From Anthoceros angustus (lineage: Eukaryota; Plantae; Anthocerotophyta), in NCBI GenBank assembly GCA_010909165.1, contig VJWM01000119.1:310001-374000 (forward strand): 64,000 nucleotides of DNA, read 5' to 3'. How positions within the stretch are numbered: position 1 is the stretch's first letter; each line of letters opens with the position of its first letter. The position numbers and the translations under genes were made by a program. Below the pieces are notes generated by a model that was not told the DNA's origin, did not search any database, and worked only from the letters and a program-made list of their open reading frames with translations. Below, piece by piece: positions 34,694-48,107 of the stretch.

Positions 34694-35717
34694 AGGAAGA
34701 CGGAAGTATGTATACTACCTGAAGCGTCTGCCTAAACGGCCGAGCAGGCTTTTCTGTTCCGTTTACGTGGAACGCGCCCTTCCGAAGCGGGGCACCCTTT
34801 GAGGAGCTCTCTAGCTGGAGGTCTCAACATTTTCTCAGATTGCGAGAGGGCAAGTGCCGAGCAGGTCCAGGCATCAAGCGGCACATCACCCAGAACCACC
34901 GCGCAGTAACAGACAATTCTTCCTGCCTGATGGATCTGCGGCAGGAGGCCCTTCTGTGAGGCCAGAAGCCCTGACAGGCAATTGGAGACTTGGAACTTGC
35001 TTCGCCGGCCGTCAGGAACGCTGGAAACTGCAGGCAAGCTGAGGAACAGACAGGGCGGGGAGTGCCTATTCGGTGGTCTCTTCAGAGAGGAAGGAATTTG
35101 CTTTGGATGTGTGATCGGATGTAAATGGCATAGGGGACCGGAAAGGGCAAATGTCGAACTACGGGCCAGGTGAGAGGCTCCGTCCGGTGTCGATCAATCT
35201 TTGCTCGCTGTTCTAAAGTGTGGCATGGAGAAGCAGCTCTTTGGGAAGATGAATAATCTTAGTGGACACATGCCTGTAGTGGAATGGATGATTGATATGG
35301 TCAATGTAGATGTCTGTCAAAATTTACAAGATTGAAGCAACAGAGGTTTGCTCTGGGACAATCTGTGCACTGTGAACTCTCAAGGAACCATACTGCTATG
35401 TTGCCTACATGTGCCCCAGATACTCCAAGTCGTCAACCTTGTTATTCTTCGTGCACTCGTGATCAACCCATCCACTTTGTCACTGCAGAGGACATGTGAG
35501 GTGGGGCAGATTCAGCTCGAGCATCTTCTAGTGCATTCTTTTCCTGATAAGCTCTGCCGGGGCCCAGCCGTTTAGTGCTGTAGCCCGTAGGAGATGTGCA
35601 AACCCTCTGTGCCCTAGGTCCAAATCTCTATGCAACGTTAGGAGGGTGATGTTTCCATCCGGATAGAAGCTATGTGGAAAAGCTGAGGTGTTCACGTTGT
35701 CACTGACAGAGATTTGC

Positions 35718-38003
35718 ATGATGTACTACGCAGGACCGCAAAATCCTTTCATGAACGATGGTAGATTTCAGCCCCCTTGGCCAAGGAACTCTCTAGTCAA
35801 CCCCGTGGCAATGGTTGAACCCCAATATCCAGTCCCTATGTCTGTGCCATCTGAGTGTGGAGTAGGCGGTAGTGTGCTGGGTCGTATGTCAACTGGCAAC
35901 GGGCCGACAGAAGGGATTCAAACTCAAATGGATGTATGGCAAAATCCGTTCAGTATCACTGCCACCGTCTTCCAGAATGGCAGGAAGAAGCGGAAGCAGC
36001 AGCTTCAGGTACTAAAATACACTGCTGATGGTGCGCAACGGTGTATGTGAAGGGAAACTCGCTACCCTATGACTGATCTCTCGTTTGTGGGGCATTTAGG
36101 GAACAAGTATGACCGAAATAGAGCGCAAGGCAAAGCAATCCAAAGTCTTAGTGCCGTTCGAATACAGGATAGGTGGCTTCATCAAGTCCATGGAAGACAG
36201 CAGACGAGAAATGCAAAACCAAGTTCGAGGGGCAGAGGTTATCGAGGAAGCATCAAAGCGATATGTATGCCGTCTTGAAACCTCTTCACGGTCCTCGCAT
36301 GTTGCTTACTCACATCTCTAGTGCACAGATTCAAGGCACGCAATGATTAATGATTATTAGATTTGCATTAGCAATTCAGCACAAACAACCCACACAAGAA
36401 ACAAAAGGCCGTCAGTTTGGTCACTGACAAATCAGCGAGGGTGGCTACGATACAGCTGAAGGACGTAGAGCAGCAGGTGAGAGAGTTGCTCCTGATGAGA
36501 GAAAAAAATCAGGAAAAGGAATCTCTGCTTAGACAGCAGCTGTTAGCAAGCCCAGTTTTCGCTGCTGATGAGGTCCTGGAACGCTTAAGATTAATCCATG
36601 TGCTACAGTATGGGACAACTGAAATGACTCTTACAGAAGAGTATGCTCTGCCAAGCCATCTTCTAGGTGATCAGACACCACCTCTGTGCACTAAATTCTC
36701 ACGTTTGCTGATAGATGTGGTTCAATGTTTTCCAGGATGAAACTTTTGGACAGAAGGGAGTCAGAGACCATGGAGCGGATACGACTATATGGTGTTTATG
36801 CCGCAGATTTGCAGAAAAGAATAAGGGAGCTTAGTCAGATCCATTTCACCTCGGAGACTGTGCTTCAAGAGCGGCAACTCAAGGAGATGAAGGAGGTATT
36901 GCTGAATTTCCAAATTTGTCGACTGCTTCGTGCTAACCTGCTGCCGGGAGGGCTATTGCTGTGCAATGTATACTGGGAAGGTTGCTTTTGACACGTTTGA
37001 TCAGTGGGTCATCTCTAGCTCTGCTTGCAAGTCCTTGAACCTTCTTTGTCTTTTTGGTATACCCCATCTCCATGCGAACAATTAACCGTAAAAGTCTGCA
37101 CAGCTACAGTGAGGAGTGGTGGGCATCAGTTTGGCCCACTTTCCTGTTCCATCACACATGATAGGTTGGGTGGAACCTACGTTTTCGCCCTCCTGAGTGC
37201 ATCTTTGGTGGGAAGTATGTCCTCTGTTCCATAACAATACGACACTGGTATGACATGCTGTTTTATGGACTCCAGTTCTTGGAAGGAAACCGAAGGGAAA
37301 AAGAACTATTGCTGCATCAGCAAAACTCTTTGAAAGACCTGCTATTGCAACAGGCAGATGAATGGAAGAGGCTGACGTGTACTGTTCATGCTCAATTCAT
37401 GGAGCGGAAAAACAAGATAATTCTTGACCAGGTTTGAAACATATGTTCAACTTATTCCTTTCCCCCTCTCGTTCTTGCCGGGGTACTGCTGGTTGCAGAT
37501 ATATATCATGATGTTGGACATTTGCTGAAGTTTGTGAGCTTTTGCAGTTGCTTGAGAAAAGCAAACGAGAAAAGGAGGAGCTGGCACAAGATCACATGCT
37601 GGCGAGATCTGCTTTGGTGAAGGAGGCGAGTGAGGCAAAACAATTGGCAGATCGCCTCCGACATGAATTGGAGCTGCGAAAAACCCATGAAGGGAGTGTA
37701 CGTCTTTCAGCTCCCTAGACCAATGCTGTGCACTTCACGCACCTTGCTGAGTTGCTGAACTCTGAACATGTGTTTTTGGTGCAGGGATCTGGCCACACGC
37801 CCTTGACATCGACTGAATGCATTGTTTGTTTCCATGAGATGGACAATCATGGGAGGATGAGGGCTTTACTCAGTCCTTGTCACCATGCAGGATTGTGCAT
37901 CCCTTGCGCAGCTTTATGCTGGAACAAAAATCGCAAGTGTCCTGTTTGTAGGATAGATCTGACCCAGAAGCCTCAGGCCATACCACCGGTGGTTTACTTC
38001 TAA
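35718..38003 (+). CDS. Coiled-coil protein with C-terminal C3HC4 RING (zf-C3HC4_3, BOI/SBP-like E3 ligase), multi-exon
   Basis: Coiled-coil exons (QLKDVEQQVRELLL, LQKRIRELSQ). Last exon CIVC...PCHHAGLCIPC...CPVC. The N-terminal boundary is approximate. Confidence 0.8.
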
Positions 38004-39146
38004 AGGTGTGGAGACCCATCTCAGAAATATATTAATTCGAGCATCCATTCTATGACTTTGACGTTAAAATCCTTCGGCTGCGTCAACTCAGGTTCTTTCC
38101 AAGATTAATACACCAAAGTCTGGGTGGTTATCTGTATAGACTCACAATGCAAAGATGTGGATCTGGGCCTTGTCGAGGCTGCCAATTTGCCAGGGTATGC
38201 CTACGTCTAAGGTTGCTTTCCCGATGCTTTAGCTAAAGCATTCGCTGCTGCTGAGTGACGATTTGAGTTGCGTTTTGCATTGAGTTTATGCCAAGCAAGT
38301 CAAGTGGGGTTGTCACTGACACAGGTTTCAGGAGAAACAGACAAACATTTTGCCTGTCTGTCACTGTTGATTATCCCTGTTCCAGAGCCCTGGGGTTGAT
38401 ACAGTTGAAAGTCCTGGGGTAATACTGTGACTTGCCAGGAAGTTACTTTGCTGGTCTTATGCTGCATGCGATTTGAGGAGGGGGCACGCAGAGAGTTTCC
38501 AAGTTGCATCCGGGAAGATACTTTTCAAGCTCCAGAACTTCAGGGTATGAGACCCTGCCATGACTGTAGAATATGCCATGAGCTGAGCAACTCAGGAGTA
38601 CTGACTGCGTGGGTTGTCCCCTATATCCTCGCTGCAGTCCATATTCTCTTCACTAGAAACTTCAGCAGATAATCTGCTTGGGCTGTCGCCCAAATCACCT
38701 GCTGGTGCATGCCATCCAGCGACCTCTGCTCAAGTGCTGCAACACACGGATTGCAGATATATGCAAAGAATGCCGACCAGTCCTAACAAGCGGAGAGTCT
38801 GCAGGACTCCCCGTTTGTTTTCGTGCCCAGCATATGAAACCTATTGCTCGGGCAGCCTGCCTGAATGAGTTCCGAGCTGACTAGGCTGGTTAAGCTCCTC
38901 TACTCGCGAAGGGAACTGGCTGCGACCGGTTGCCTTGAAAATTTCAACAAAAATACTTTCCTTCAATTCCATATGAGGGTTTGCCTGGTCAGGCTTCGGG
39001 GCGATGTATGCTCTTATCATATCTCGTCACAATATGTGACAATGTGATCTGAAAAAGAGTGAAGACCGCAGCTATTCTAATTCATACTTAAAGACTGGAG
39101 TGAGTTCTTGAAGAGATTATCAAGAACTTGGTTCTTGAAGAGATTA

Positions 39147-41795
39147 TCAAGAACTCGTGGAATTTGATAACGGAACACCATGTAGAAAACTCCTAGCAAG
39201 CTCAAATGCCCGCCTTGGTTGAATGTCGGGGACCTCATGTCCTGCTCCTCTTGTTGTCACAAAAGTTAAGCCAGCGTATTCTTCGGTCCACCCTCCCACC
39301 TACATGATATGTAAGTTAGTAAAAAACTTCTCTATACTTATCCTCACAAATCTCTAGTATAACCATGTAAGTTACATACCTCACCATGAAGATACCAAGG
39401 ATACCAAGGAACTCCAATGGTCAAATTTAGTTTACTTAAGGAATATCTGGTTGCTGTTACAGGAACAACGGCATCCGTATCTCCACTATCCAATCACAAC
39501 AACACATTAGAGACTAACATATTTGAAACCCACCAACAAAAAAGATTAGAAAGTAAAAGTTTTCAAAAGAAAAACAAAGGACAAACAAAGTGTCACCTGT
39601 AAACCCAAATACGAAGACCAGCTGCAATGAGCTCCTCATATATGGGTAGTATGGAGTCGTCGGAGTCTTGCCAATTTTCATTGATGTCCATACTGCCATG
39701 AATGAACGTGTTAACCAGGTCCTTATTTAGTACCACTAAAACCAACATAGTATACTATTTTTAATAAAAAATTGGACGAATTAGTGCATACTTAACAGAT
39801 AATAGAAAAGAAAACAAATCTGTAATGCATTACTTGCAAGCTGTCCACGGAATGGTTGGTGCCGTGGTGGTGACATGAAGTGCCTGTTGGACGTCTAGTC
39901 TATTATAATAAATCTCGGCATAATTCTCGGAACAAGGATCATATCCTGCAAGGCGATGACGGAGCTGTGGGGAGAAACGAGCCAGAAGCGGAAACGGTTA
40001 GATTGGAGCATCCATGTCTTGGAAATGCCATGTAGCCGATGTGCCAAAACTAGCATACAAGGAAGTAGAACATCAAAAGCCAATACAAAGGTGAAAGCCA
40101 GAAACAGGAAGGCTGATATGCGAACCGGGCTGAGCCGGCGATGGATAGAATTTGATGTCGCCCGAACACTCGACCTGGAGTGAGTGGTGGAGTTCGATGA
40201 ACTGTTGCATACAGGTGAGTAAATGCTGTACATGTCTATGTTGCCAAATTCTACATTAACGGCTTGGTCCAGATGCGAGTTGCAATCATCTGAGGAGGCA
40301 CTGGCGGTAAAATTGCACGATGCCAGGATGGCGGCGTGTGTCTCATCTGATATCAGTGCATGCGTCCACCAGTAATCCACCGTCCCGAGACTGTCCTGAA
40401 GATTGTCTGTCACTGCATTGCCCACCTGCATGTATTGGAGAGACCCACCATGTCCTTTAGCCCACATCTCAAGAGATCGACTTTGGTAAGTGTGGTGAGC
40501 AGAAGGGGAGATTCATACCAGGAAGCCCTTGAAGTTGATGGTGGGGTTGGTCTGGTTGCTGTTGTACTCGTACAGGAGTCTTGCCAGCTGAGGGACGTAG
40601 TGACCTGAGTGACAGCTGGATGTCAGGTTTGAGAGCAAGTGAATCTTCCAGCCTACTGGAAGGAAGGAGTGTTCGTGATGTGGGAAGGAGCGTACCTGCG
40701 TAGCTTTCTCCACTTATGTAGAAGTCCCGGTTCTGGTACTGGGGGAATCTCTCAAACCACCTCAGCACAAACTGGAGATTGTCCGCAGCTGGATCATGGG
40801 CACAGAATGCCTTCCATCAGAAATGCGTAAAACAAAAACAGACCTGGTTGATCAGATGGATAGCGTCAAAGGCCAGACAGTTGTCGTACCGGTTTGAGCA
40901 TCTCCCGTAACATAATCGTTGGTGTTATTGGAGTAGGAGAAGCCCACGCCCGCAGGAGACTCCACAAAGAGCAGGTTTGCCACTACCACCACGACCCAAT
41001 ACCCATCCAGGCTTCAGCACAACATCCCAGCCAACGAAGACCAAAAACCACAGCAAAGCTTCACATTCTGGGCAGCGACCGAATTATACATTTGTTCCAA
41101 CCGAAGTGATTCCGGAACAAGGAATCCGCCGTGCTGTTGATCCGAAACGGCCCAAGCTCCTCGGACGCACCGAAAGCCACCGAGGAGCACCCAGGGCCTG
41201 CATTGCACAGAATTTCAACTCCAATTTCCGCCCACATTCTAAACCCCGTCCAAAACCCACAATCCCACCTCCATTGAGCCAGAGCAGCAGTGGCTTGGAA
41301 CTGGCGTTGCCCTCGGCCTCGAAGTGCCAGTAAAAGAAGGCCCTCCCGCTGCTCTCGTTCACCGTCACGTACCCCGCGAACTGCAGGAACTCCACATCAG
41401 GCTGCCCCGGCAGCCGGTCGACCAGATCCCGCTCGGCCTCCGCCGTCAGAACCGGCTGCCCCGCAGGCGACGCGTCCGGGACGCTTCCGTCGTCCTGAAG
41501 AGGACCGGCACAGCTTCCGCTCGAATTCCCAACCAAAAAACAACCGATTCCCGCACCAACATCCCACACCAACTTGGTACATTCCAACAACCCACAACAA
41601 CTTGGCACATCGCATTCCACACCCACCACGCCCCGACATTACCTGCGCGGGACTCCCGAACCCAACAAGCTTTCTTGAATCCAACGCGGCTTCCACACCG
41701 CCCAGCTCCTTCTTGAAGAGCAAAGCCGCCGCCACAAGAATGCAGAACAAGACGACGCCCCGCCTCCGCCACGCCGCCATCTCTCCCGCAGGCAT
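39147..41795 (-). CDS. Serine carboxypeptidase-like, clade II, multi-exon
   Basis: Hydrophobic N-terminus; [29 protein letters not shown]. Catalytic triad intact: GESYAG (Ser), GDTDAVVP (Asp), GAGHEVP (His). Stop at 39147-39149. Confidence 0.96.
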
Positions 41796-42964
41796 ACGAG
41801 CGGGAATTGCTGCACCAGAATTGCACCCAGAAATCCCATCACCCACAAATACTTTTTGGCTCGGGCGACTGCGACAGAGCCTGCCTGCCTGCCTGCTGGC
41901 CCCACGAGGCCCTACCTCCACGACCGGGACGGAGGGCCTCGACCCAGACTACGACAGGCCGGCAGCCGCAGCCCAATTATGTATCCCGCTACGGTCCAGG
42001 CGGGGATAGCATTTGAAGAGCCGTGGCTGGACTGAGGCTCGACTCTCACACGGACACACACGTTTAACAGGCCTAAAAATTCATCATAATGCACACACTC
42101 CAGGCGTTACCAGCTGACCCAGGTCCCTCACACTCATCCAAGTGGAGTGGAGAGGAAGGTGGTGGCTTGCCTGCTTTTCCACTCTGTATTTCCTCCAAGC
42201 TTCAATCTTCGCTAGCATACGATTCCTCTGCAGGCTAGTAGTACTCTGCACAGGACAAAGACTGAAGGATATCCTGCCCAACTCCAGGCTTGAGGACAGG
42301 AACAGGAGACAGTCCAAGAGCAGGCATTTGCTGTATGCAAAATGTCTTTGTTGCGGTGCAAACAATGCAGGACAGGTGGGCACAATGTACCTGCACGCTA
42401 CGCGTTGTCGGCATCGAGATGAGCTTTTAGAGGCACAGCATGCCCCCTAGCCTGCCTGCTATTACGGACTATTTGTGTTTGTGGGGCTCGGTCGATTTTT
42501 TAAGATTGCAAGAAGACGAAAAATTGTTTCTTTTTTTTCTAAAGGTCAGGATTAATCTCGTATTTCAAAACAGTACCTAGTACCCTAGTAGAGAGACCAT
42601 CTTACTGGTCGAGATTTATCTAAATATTTTTGTTTTTTAGTCAAAAAAACTCTTTTAAATTACCTAGTCAAGAATCTTTTTAACTGGTTGATGTTCACTA
42701 TGTTAATCCAATCCATAATTTTCTAATTATTTAGGATTAATGGTTTTTATGTTTGGAATTTTATCCTAATGGTTAAGAATCTCTTTGAAAGGTTCATATA
42801 TGCTATACTAATTTAGTGATTAATGGCTAGCTATTAGAATTGATGGTTTTTATGTTCAGAATGTGACCCTGAATGCTCTCTTTGAATGGTTCATACATCC
42901 TACACTAATTTAGTGACTAATAACTATGTATTCAAAATTGATTATGCAATGGAGATTTATTTTA

Positions 42965-45850
42965 AAAACCCATCTACCCCGAACCGAGGGGGGACAACCC
43001 AACAAAGGGCCAAGAGCCTAGGGGGCTACCCTACGAATGCCAACCCTGTAGCCCCCTACCGCTCCAATTATGTCGTGGTCCGAGATGAGGAAAGGCCTAC
43101 CTACAACAGGTGCCGATGACGCTACGTCTTCTGCGTTCGTTGCCGTCCTGTAAATAGCGTCGGCCAGTGCCCTTTGCTGGGCGATGGATACCCGCTGTCG
43201 AAAGAAAATCATCACCGAGAAAAGAGGGAGACTCACCCCGTTCCTATGGCTATGGTAGGCTTTAGCACAATCCTTAATGAGTCGGAAAAAATCCTTGCCC
43301 ATAGCCTCGTGAGTCGCAATGGCGAGGGGGATGAAGGTGTGGCCGTCCTGCATAGGTATGTACTTATGTACCTTGGCAGTCGCGCATCCCTTTGCGGCCT
43401 AGCCCGGAGGGTTGATAATGATACGCTCACAAATGGGGTTCCGGATAGGGTCCGTTATGACGACATCCGCAACAGAGATTTGGTCCCCACGAATCAGAAA
43501 TAGATCCGCCTCGAGCGACACCCCATTGTGCAAAGTATATAATATGGAAGCTCCCTGTATGAAAAATAACCGCTCTCCTTGGCCATTAAGAACATGACAT
43601 TGCGAATGGCGTCATGAGTAGCGATACATTGCCCTCCAATTGGACATCGTGCCAGGCCAGGTGGGACCCTGAGTCGTCGAGGGGGGCCCCACAACCCAGC
43701 CGAGGGAGAACAAGCAATGAGCTGTGGGACTCGAGTCCGAGAGGGCCCCACAACTGTGCTAGCCGAGAGAATAGGCTAGAGGCTAGACGAAACCCAAGCG
43801 GAACCTCATCACAGTAGAAAAAGAAGGTGGAGCGATTCAGAACTCCTGGATGCAAGGCCGAGCCAGAAGCCAGGAGCCTGCTCTCTTCCCCGAGCAAGAG
43901 CGAATGCGGACACAAACGGGTCGGGGGAATAGTAGAGTCCAATAGGATTGCCCGATATCGATGCGCCTGCCCATACTGCTTTTCCTGGAGAGAGGCCTGA
44001 ACACCATGTAGCCCTTCCACAGAAAACGAGGAAAAGGGAGGCATGGCCGCCCTAGCCTCGGAGGAAAGGGAGTTCCTGGCTAACTTATGGGAAGCCTGCA
44101 AAGGGAAGGCCCCCTCCTCAACGCCCGAGACAAAGGCCTCCAAGATGGGAACATCCCAGATTAAGAACCAAGCGGTGAAGACGGGGCAGAAAAGGCCAAA
44201 CTCCCATGAAAGGCCGCCAGCATCGAGGCCTCCATGGCCAGCAAACCTATGCCCCTAAATGCAATAGGAAGGGACGCCTGCCACTGCGCAAAGCTCCCAG
44301 CGGCACACTCAAAGGTCCCCGACCCCATAATGTCTCCAAGTGCTTGCATAATCTGTAGATCAAAATTCCGTAGGCTTAATAATGAAGCTATGGAGGGAGC
44401 CACTGCCCTAGTGAGATAACCCAGCCATCGCGCAAAGTAGGACGAAAGGATGCCAAATGCCATCTAAGAGTCCTCTAATAAAGATAGGTCACCAATGTGG
44501 GCCAAGTCCTCCTTCAAAGCCTCATCCACAAAACCCTGAGTAAATGTAGAAGGTTCCACGGGGACCCCCAAGATGTGAAGTCCTTACGAAGGAACAATGT
44601 CCCTCCCAAGAAATTGAAGAGAGGGAGTAATGTCAGACGGGGACCAAACCTTGCACTTCAAAATCTTGACCCTCAAACCCAGGTGGGAGAGCTCTGAGGA
44701 GGAGTGCAAAAGCTTCCTTCACCTTGCCCCCGAATCCTAAGATATGAGTGTTGTTCGCCACGGGCAGAAAGAGACACTCCCCGACCGCGCCGGCAGTAAG
44801 GGTCAGGGCCCTCAAGTGCGCAACAGCACAGAGGGCACCCCCTAAGGGATCCTCCTACCTCGTGCCAGTCACCAAGTCCAGCACAGTAACCCCTTTGTTG
44901 GATGGTCTGTGCTAAAAGTAGAGGGTACACGGGGAACCATAGAAAGAGCAGATGAAAGGAATAAGCCTTGCCAGGTGCCCGCTAGCATCCTTGAGCTCTG
45001 AAAAAATTGCCCTCCTAGAGAACGTGTCGAAAGCGTTCTCGACGTCCACTTGCAGGGCGACCCAATCTTGATGTGACTCAAAAACCGTCGTGATACCAAA
45101 CGCTCTAACAACCCCCCATAGTGGCATTTCCAAATTGCTGGGGGCTGGCAAAGATGTACTTGGAACTGCTCCCGAAGTTGGATAGCAATGTTGCGATCCA
45201 TGAGGAGTAAAAATACCTCCCCAATGATGATAGGGTGCACCCCAAGCATGGGCCTCTCCATAGCCAGTAACCTGCTGGCCCCCAATACTCGAGAGATCCG
45301 GTGAGGAGTCTCATGTCTCGAAAAAGCGGTCCTCAATAAGGCTGTTACCACCGCCCCGCGGCTTTCTTTGGGTGGTATGTTTGGGATAGTCTACGACCAC
45401 CTTCGGGATTACTTTGCTCCCAAGGATCCTTCTAGCGGTTTTTCGGAGCTCTTCATTCTGGCAGCGGCAGTGGCCAGATCCAGCATATCCTATGGAATGA
45501 GGTCATCTGGGGCCGGATGAAGGGCATGAAGCACAGAGATGGTGTCCTCGGAGGCTGCGCCATCGGCTCTGGACGAAGTGCCCGGTCAACCTTGTCGTAT
45601 TCCCCAGCACGGCCTAGCAAGAGACACCTCTTAAGCCGTGCCTTGGCGGGGTCCTGACTGACCCGATCCACCTTGACAGCTTCCATCCTAGATCTTGCTG
45701 CACGCCCCCCTCCTCCTGCAAAGCTTCCTAGTCCTCGGCCAGGAACCGACTGAGACGAGCTCACGCCATCTCCATATGGCTGGGTCCTTGACTACCACTT
45801 AAGGAGTGGACTGCACAATAGGGAAGAGGGCAAGAACAAACGAGAATGGC
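42965..45850 (-). mobile_element. 5'-truncated, decayed CRE/SLACS-type non-LTR retrotransposon (RT plus restriction-like endonuclease)
   Basis: RT motifs LQVDVENAFD, GTR*EDPLGG (from GTRQGDPLG) and VANNTHILG (from ADD). Then CGAPLDDSGSHL..CPIGG, ATHDAIRN, ADLFL..SVADVVITDP, KVHKY..FIPLA, QRVSIAQQRALA: the CCHC plus PD-(D/E)xK layout. Many stops and frameshifts. Confidence 0.85.
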
Positions 45851-45974
45851 ACGATTAATAGTTTCTTAGTCTAGAATTGTATCATAAATGGTTGAGAACC
45901 ACTTTAAATGATTCATTTATACTATACTAATTTAGGCTATATATATACGTATTTGACACAGCAGGTGACATCGC

Positions 45975-46345
45975 TTGGTTCCATTTGTAATCCATTTGAC
46001 GTTGTCGATGATCAATCAGAACCAATCTAACGTTGTCGATCATCAAACGTTTGGAATGCAAACCTAACCCACTTCCGTTTGTAACCTGTTTGATATTGTC
46101 AATCATCGATCAGAACTAGTCTGACGTTGTAGATCATCAGACGTTTGGAATGCAAACCTAACCCACTTCCGTTTGTAACCTGTTTGATATTGTCAATCAT
46201 CGATCAGAACTAGTCTGACGTTGTAGATCATCAGACGTTTGGAATTCAGACCTGACCCACTTCCATTTGTAATCCGTTTGACGTTATTAATCATTAGTCA
46301 AAGCCACAATCATCAGACTTTTGGAATGCAGAATTGACCCACATT
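45975..46345 (+). repeat. ~4-copy 94-bp tandem repeat
   Basis: TTGGAATGCAAACCTAACCCACTTCC... at 46051 and 46145 (identical), 46239 and 46321 (degenerate). Confidence 0.9.
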
Positions 46346-46489
46346 TTATGGTGACTTGGTCCAACAAAAACCGTTGGCACGGCTTTACTCATGAGGCATA
46401 TTTAGCCATAGTATCATTATATACTCGGATAATCTAAGCTTTGTTGTTCAAGATACGGAAACCCGAGTGCACCATTGCGCACCGGTACA

Positions 46490-47160
46490 ACACCCGCTCA
46501 AATTCAATGCAACTCGAATTTCCAACAAAAAAAACACCCCATTTTCGCAACAACAACTCACAACGATGTTGAGCATTGCATTCCGCACTTACCACACCCC
46601 CGACATTACCTACTTTGGGCTCCTAAATCTAGCAAGCTTTCTTGAATCAAACGTGGTGTCCACATTGTCCAACTCCTTCTTTAATAGTGAAGTGGCCAAC
46701 ATGAGAATGCAAAACACAATGATCCAAGTTGCTTCAACAAGGTTGCATTTTCACAACCCTTGTTAGTCGAGAAGGAGCTGGCCGGTGAATAGTATGGAGG
46801 CGACGCCAGAAAGCGGCACTAGCACGTGACACAATCAATGTATGTTGAGGAGCTATTTAATCACGAAGTTGTAATGTGTCATGATCACTGACGTAAATGG
46901 CTAATAGTTGGCATGTAATTTGTACCTTTTTAGTATTCATTTTTAATAAAGTATCTTCTATAATAGATAGATGTTTGACTCCAAGCTTAAAGACAGAGCA
47001 GCAAACAATACAGTGCAAACCATCTGTTAGTGGGCACAATGTATCTACACTTGCATATTGTTGAAATCGAATACTAGCTCATGAGCTTCTAAGGTCTATG
47101 CCACCCGCTAGCCCTATCTATTACTACGGGCTATTTGTGGTGCTCCTCCGTTTTTAAGCA
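46490..47160 (-). pseudogene. Decayed duplicate of serine carboxypeptidase exon 1, start of intron 1 and promoter
   Basis: Collinear with 41500-42490, e.g. AAGAAGGAG(C/T)TGG...GATTCAAGAAAGCTTG...AG|GTAATGTCGGGG and GTGGGCACAATGTA(C/T)CT(G/A)CAC. Differences are mostly G>A/C>T. Confidence 0.85.
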
Positions 47161-48107
47161 TTTCATACTATAGCTTAAAAAATTATTTTTTAAATTTATT
47201 ACCTAGGTATTTACAGATTATAAGATTGAAATGTGTGACAAACAGCTCGCAAGTTGTACATAAGTATTTGACAAAGCAGGCGAACTCGTTCGAGTCCATT
47301 GCAACCCGTCCAGCTTCACCAGTCGTTTTGAATGTGGACCCAACATGCTTTTTTAGGGTGTCTTAGTTCAAGAACCTGGCCATTGTTTTACTCACGGCAC
47401 TATTAGGCGTAGTCAGGCACGGTTTTATATACTCAGATATTCTAAAAGAGACTGCGGAGTTATTGCACCTTGGTTGAACCATTGTGGTACGCACTTCAAA
47501 AACAAGACCAGCAAAGAATATGGTATGGATGAGGTTAGGGTTATAGGTTCAATAGAGGTTTAGGGTTATTAGGTTTCTGAAATATAATCTAAATTATAAT
47601 AATATTGAATGATTTAAAAGTGCTAGATTTTGTGTTAAAGAGTATGTATGATTGAGATAAAGACAAATAGATATTGATTGCATAAATTTGTTGTTTCACC
47701 TCTTTTCTAAGAGGTTATGAGGGAATTGGACAGGCCCTTACAATATAGTAGGTGATATTTTTTACATGAATTACCTAGTAGATTGTCGCTTGATTCTTGA
47801 GATCAAGGTAGGTTGATTTTTTGCCATCAAGAAACTTTGATCATTCCTCATGATCAAAATTTCTTTGGCTGTGAATTTTCAAAAGAATAATTTAGGTGCT
47901 ATGCATATCTATGCCTATCATGACACCTTGTACTTTTCTACATGTGACAACCATGACGTCTTTAGGTTTCTAGGAACCAAGATGGAAGTGCCTTAGCAAT
48001 GCAAAAATGTGTGTCCAACTGTTATCCAAATACAAGCTTCCAACTCCAGTACAAGGTTCTAGGTGTACATTTGTATGTGTAAAGATGTTATCCACCATGT
48101 TTTATAG

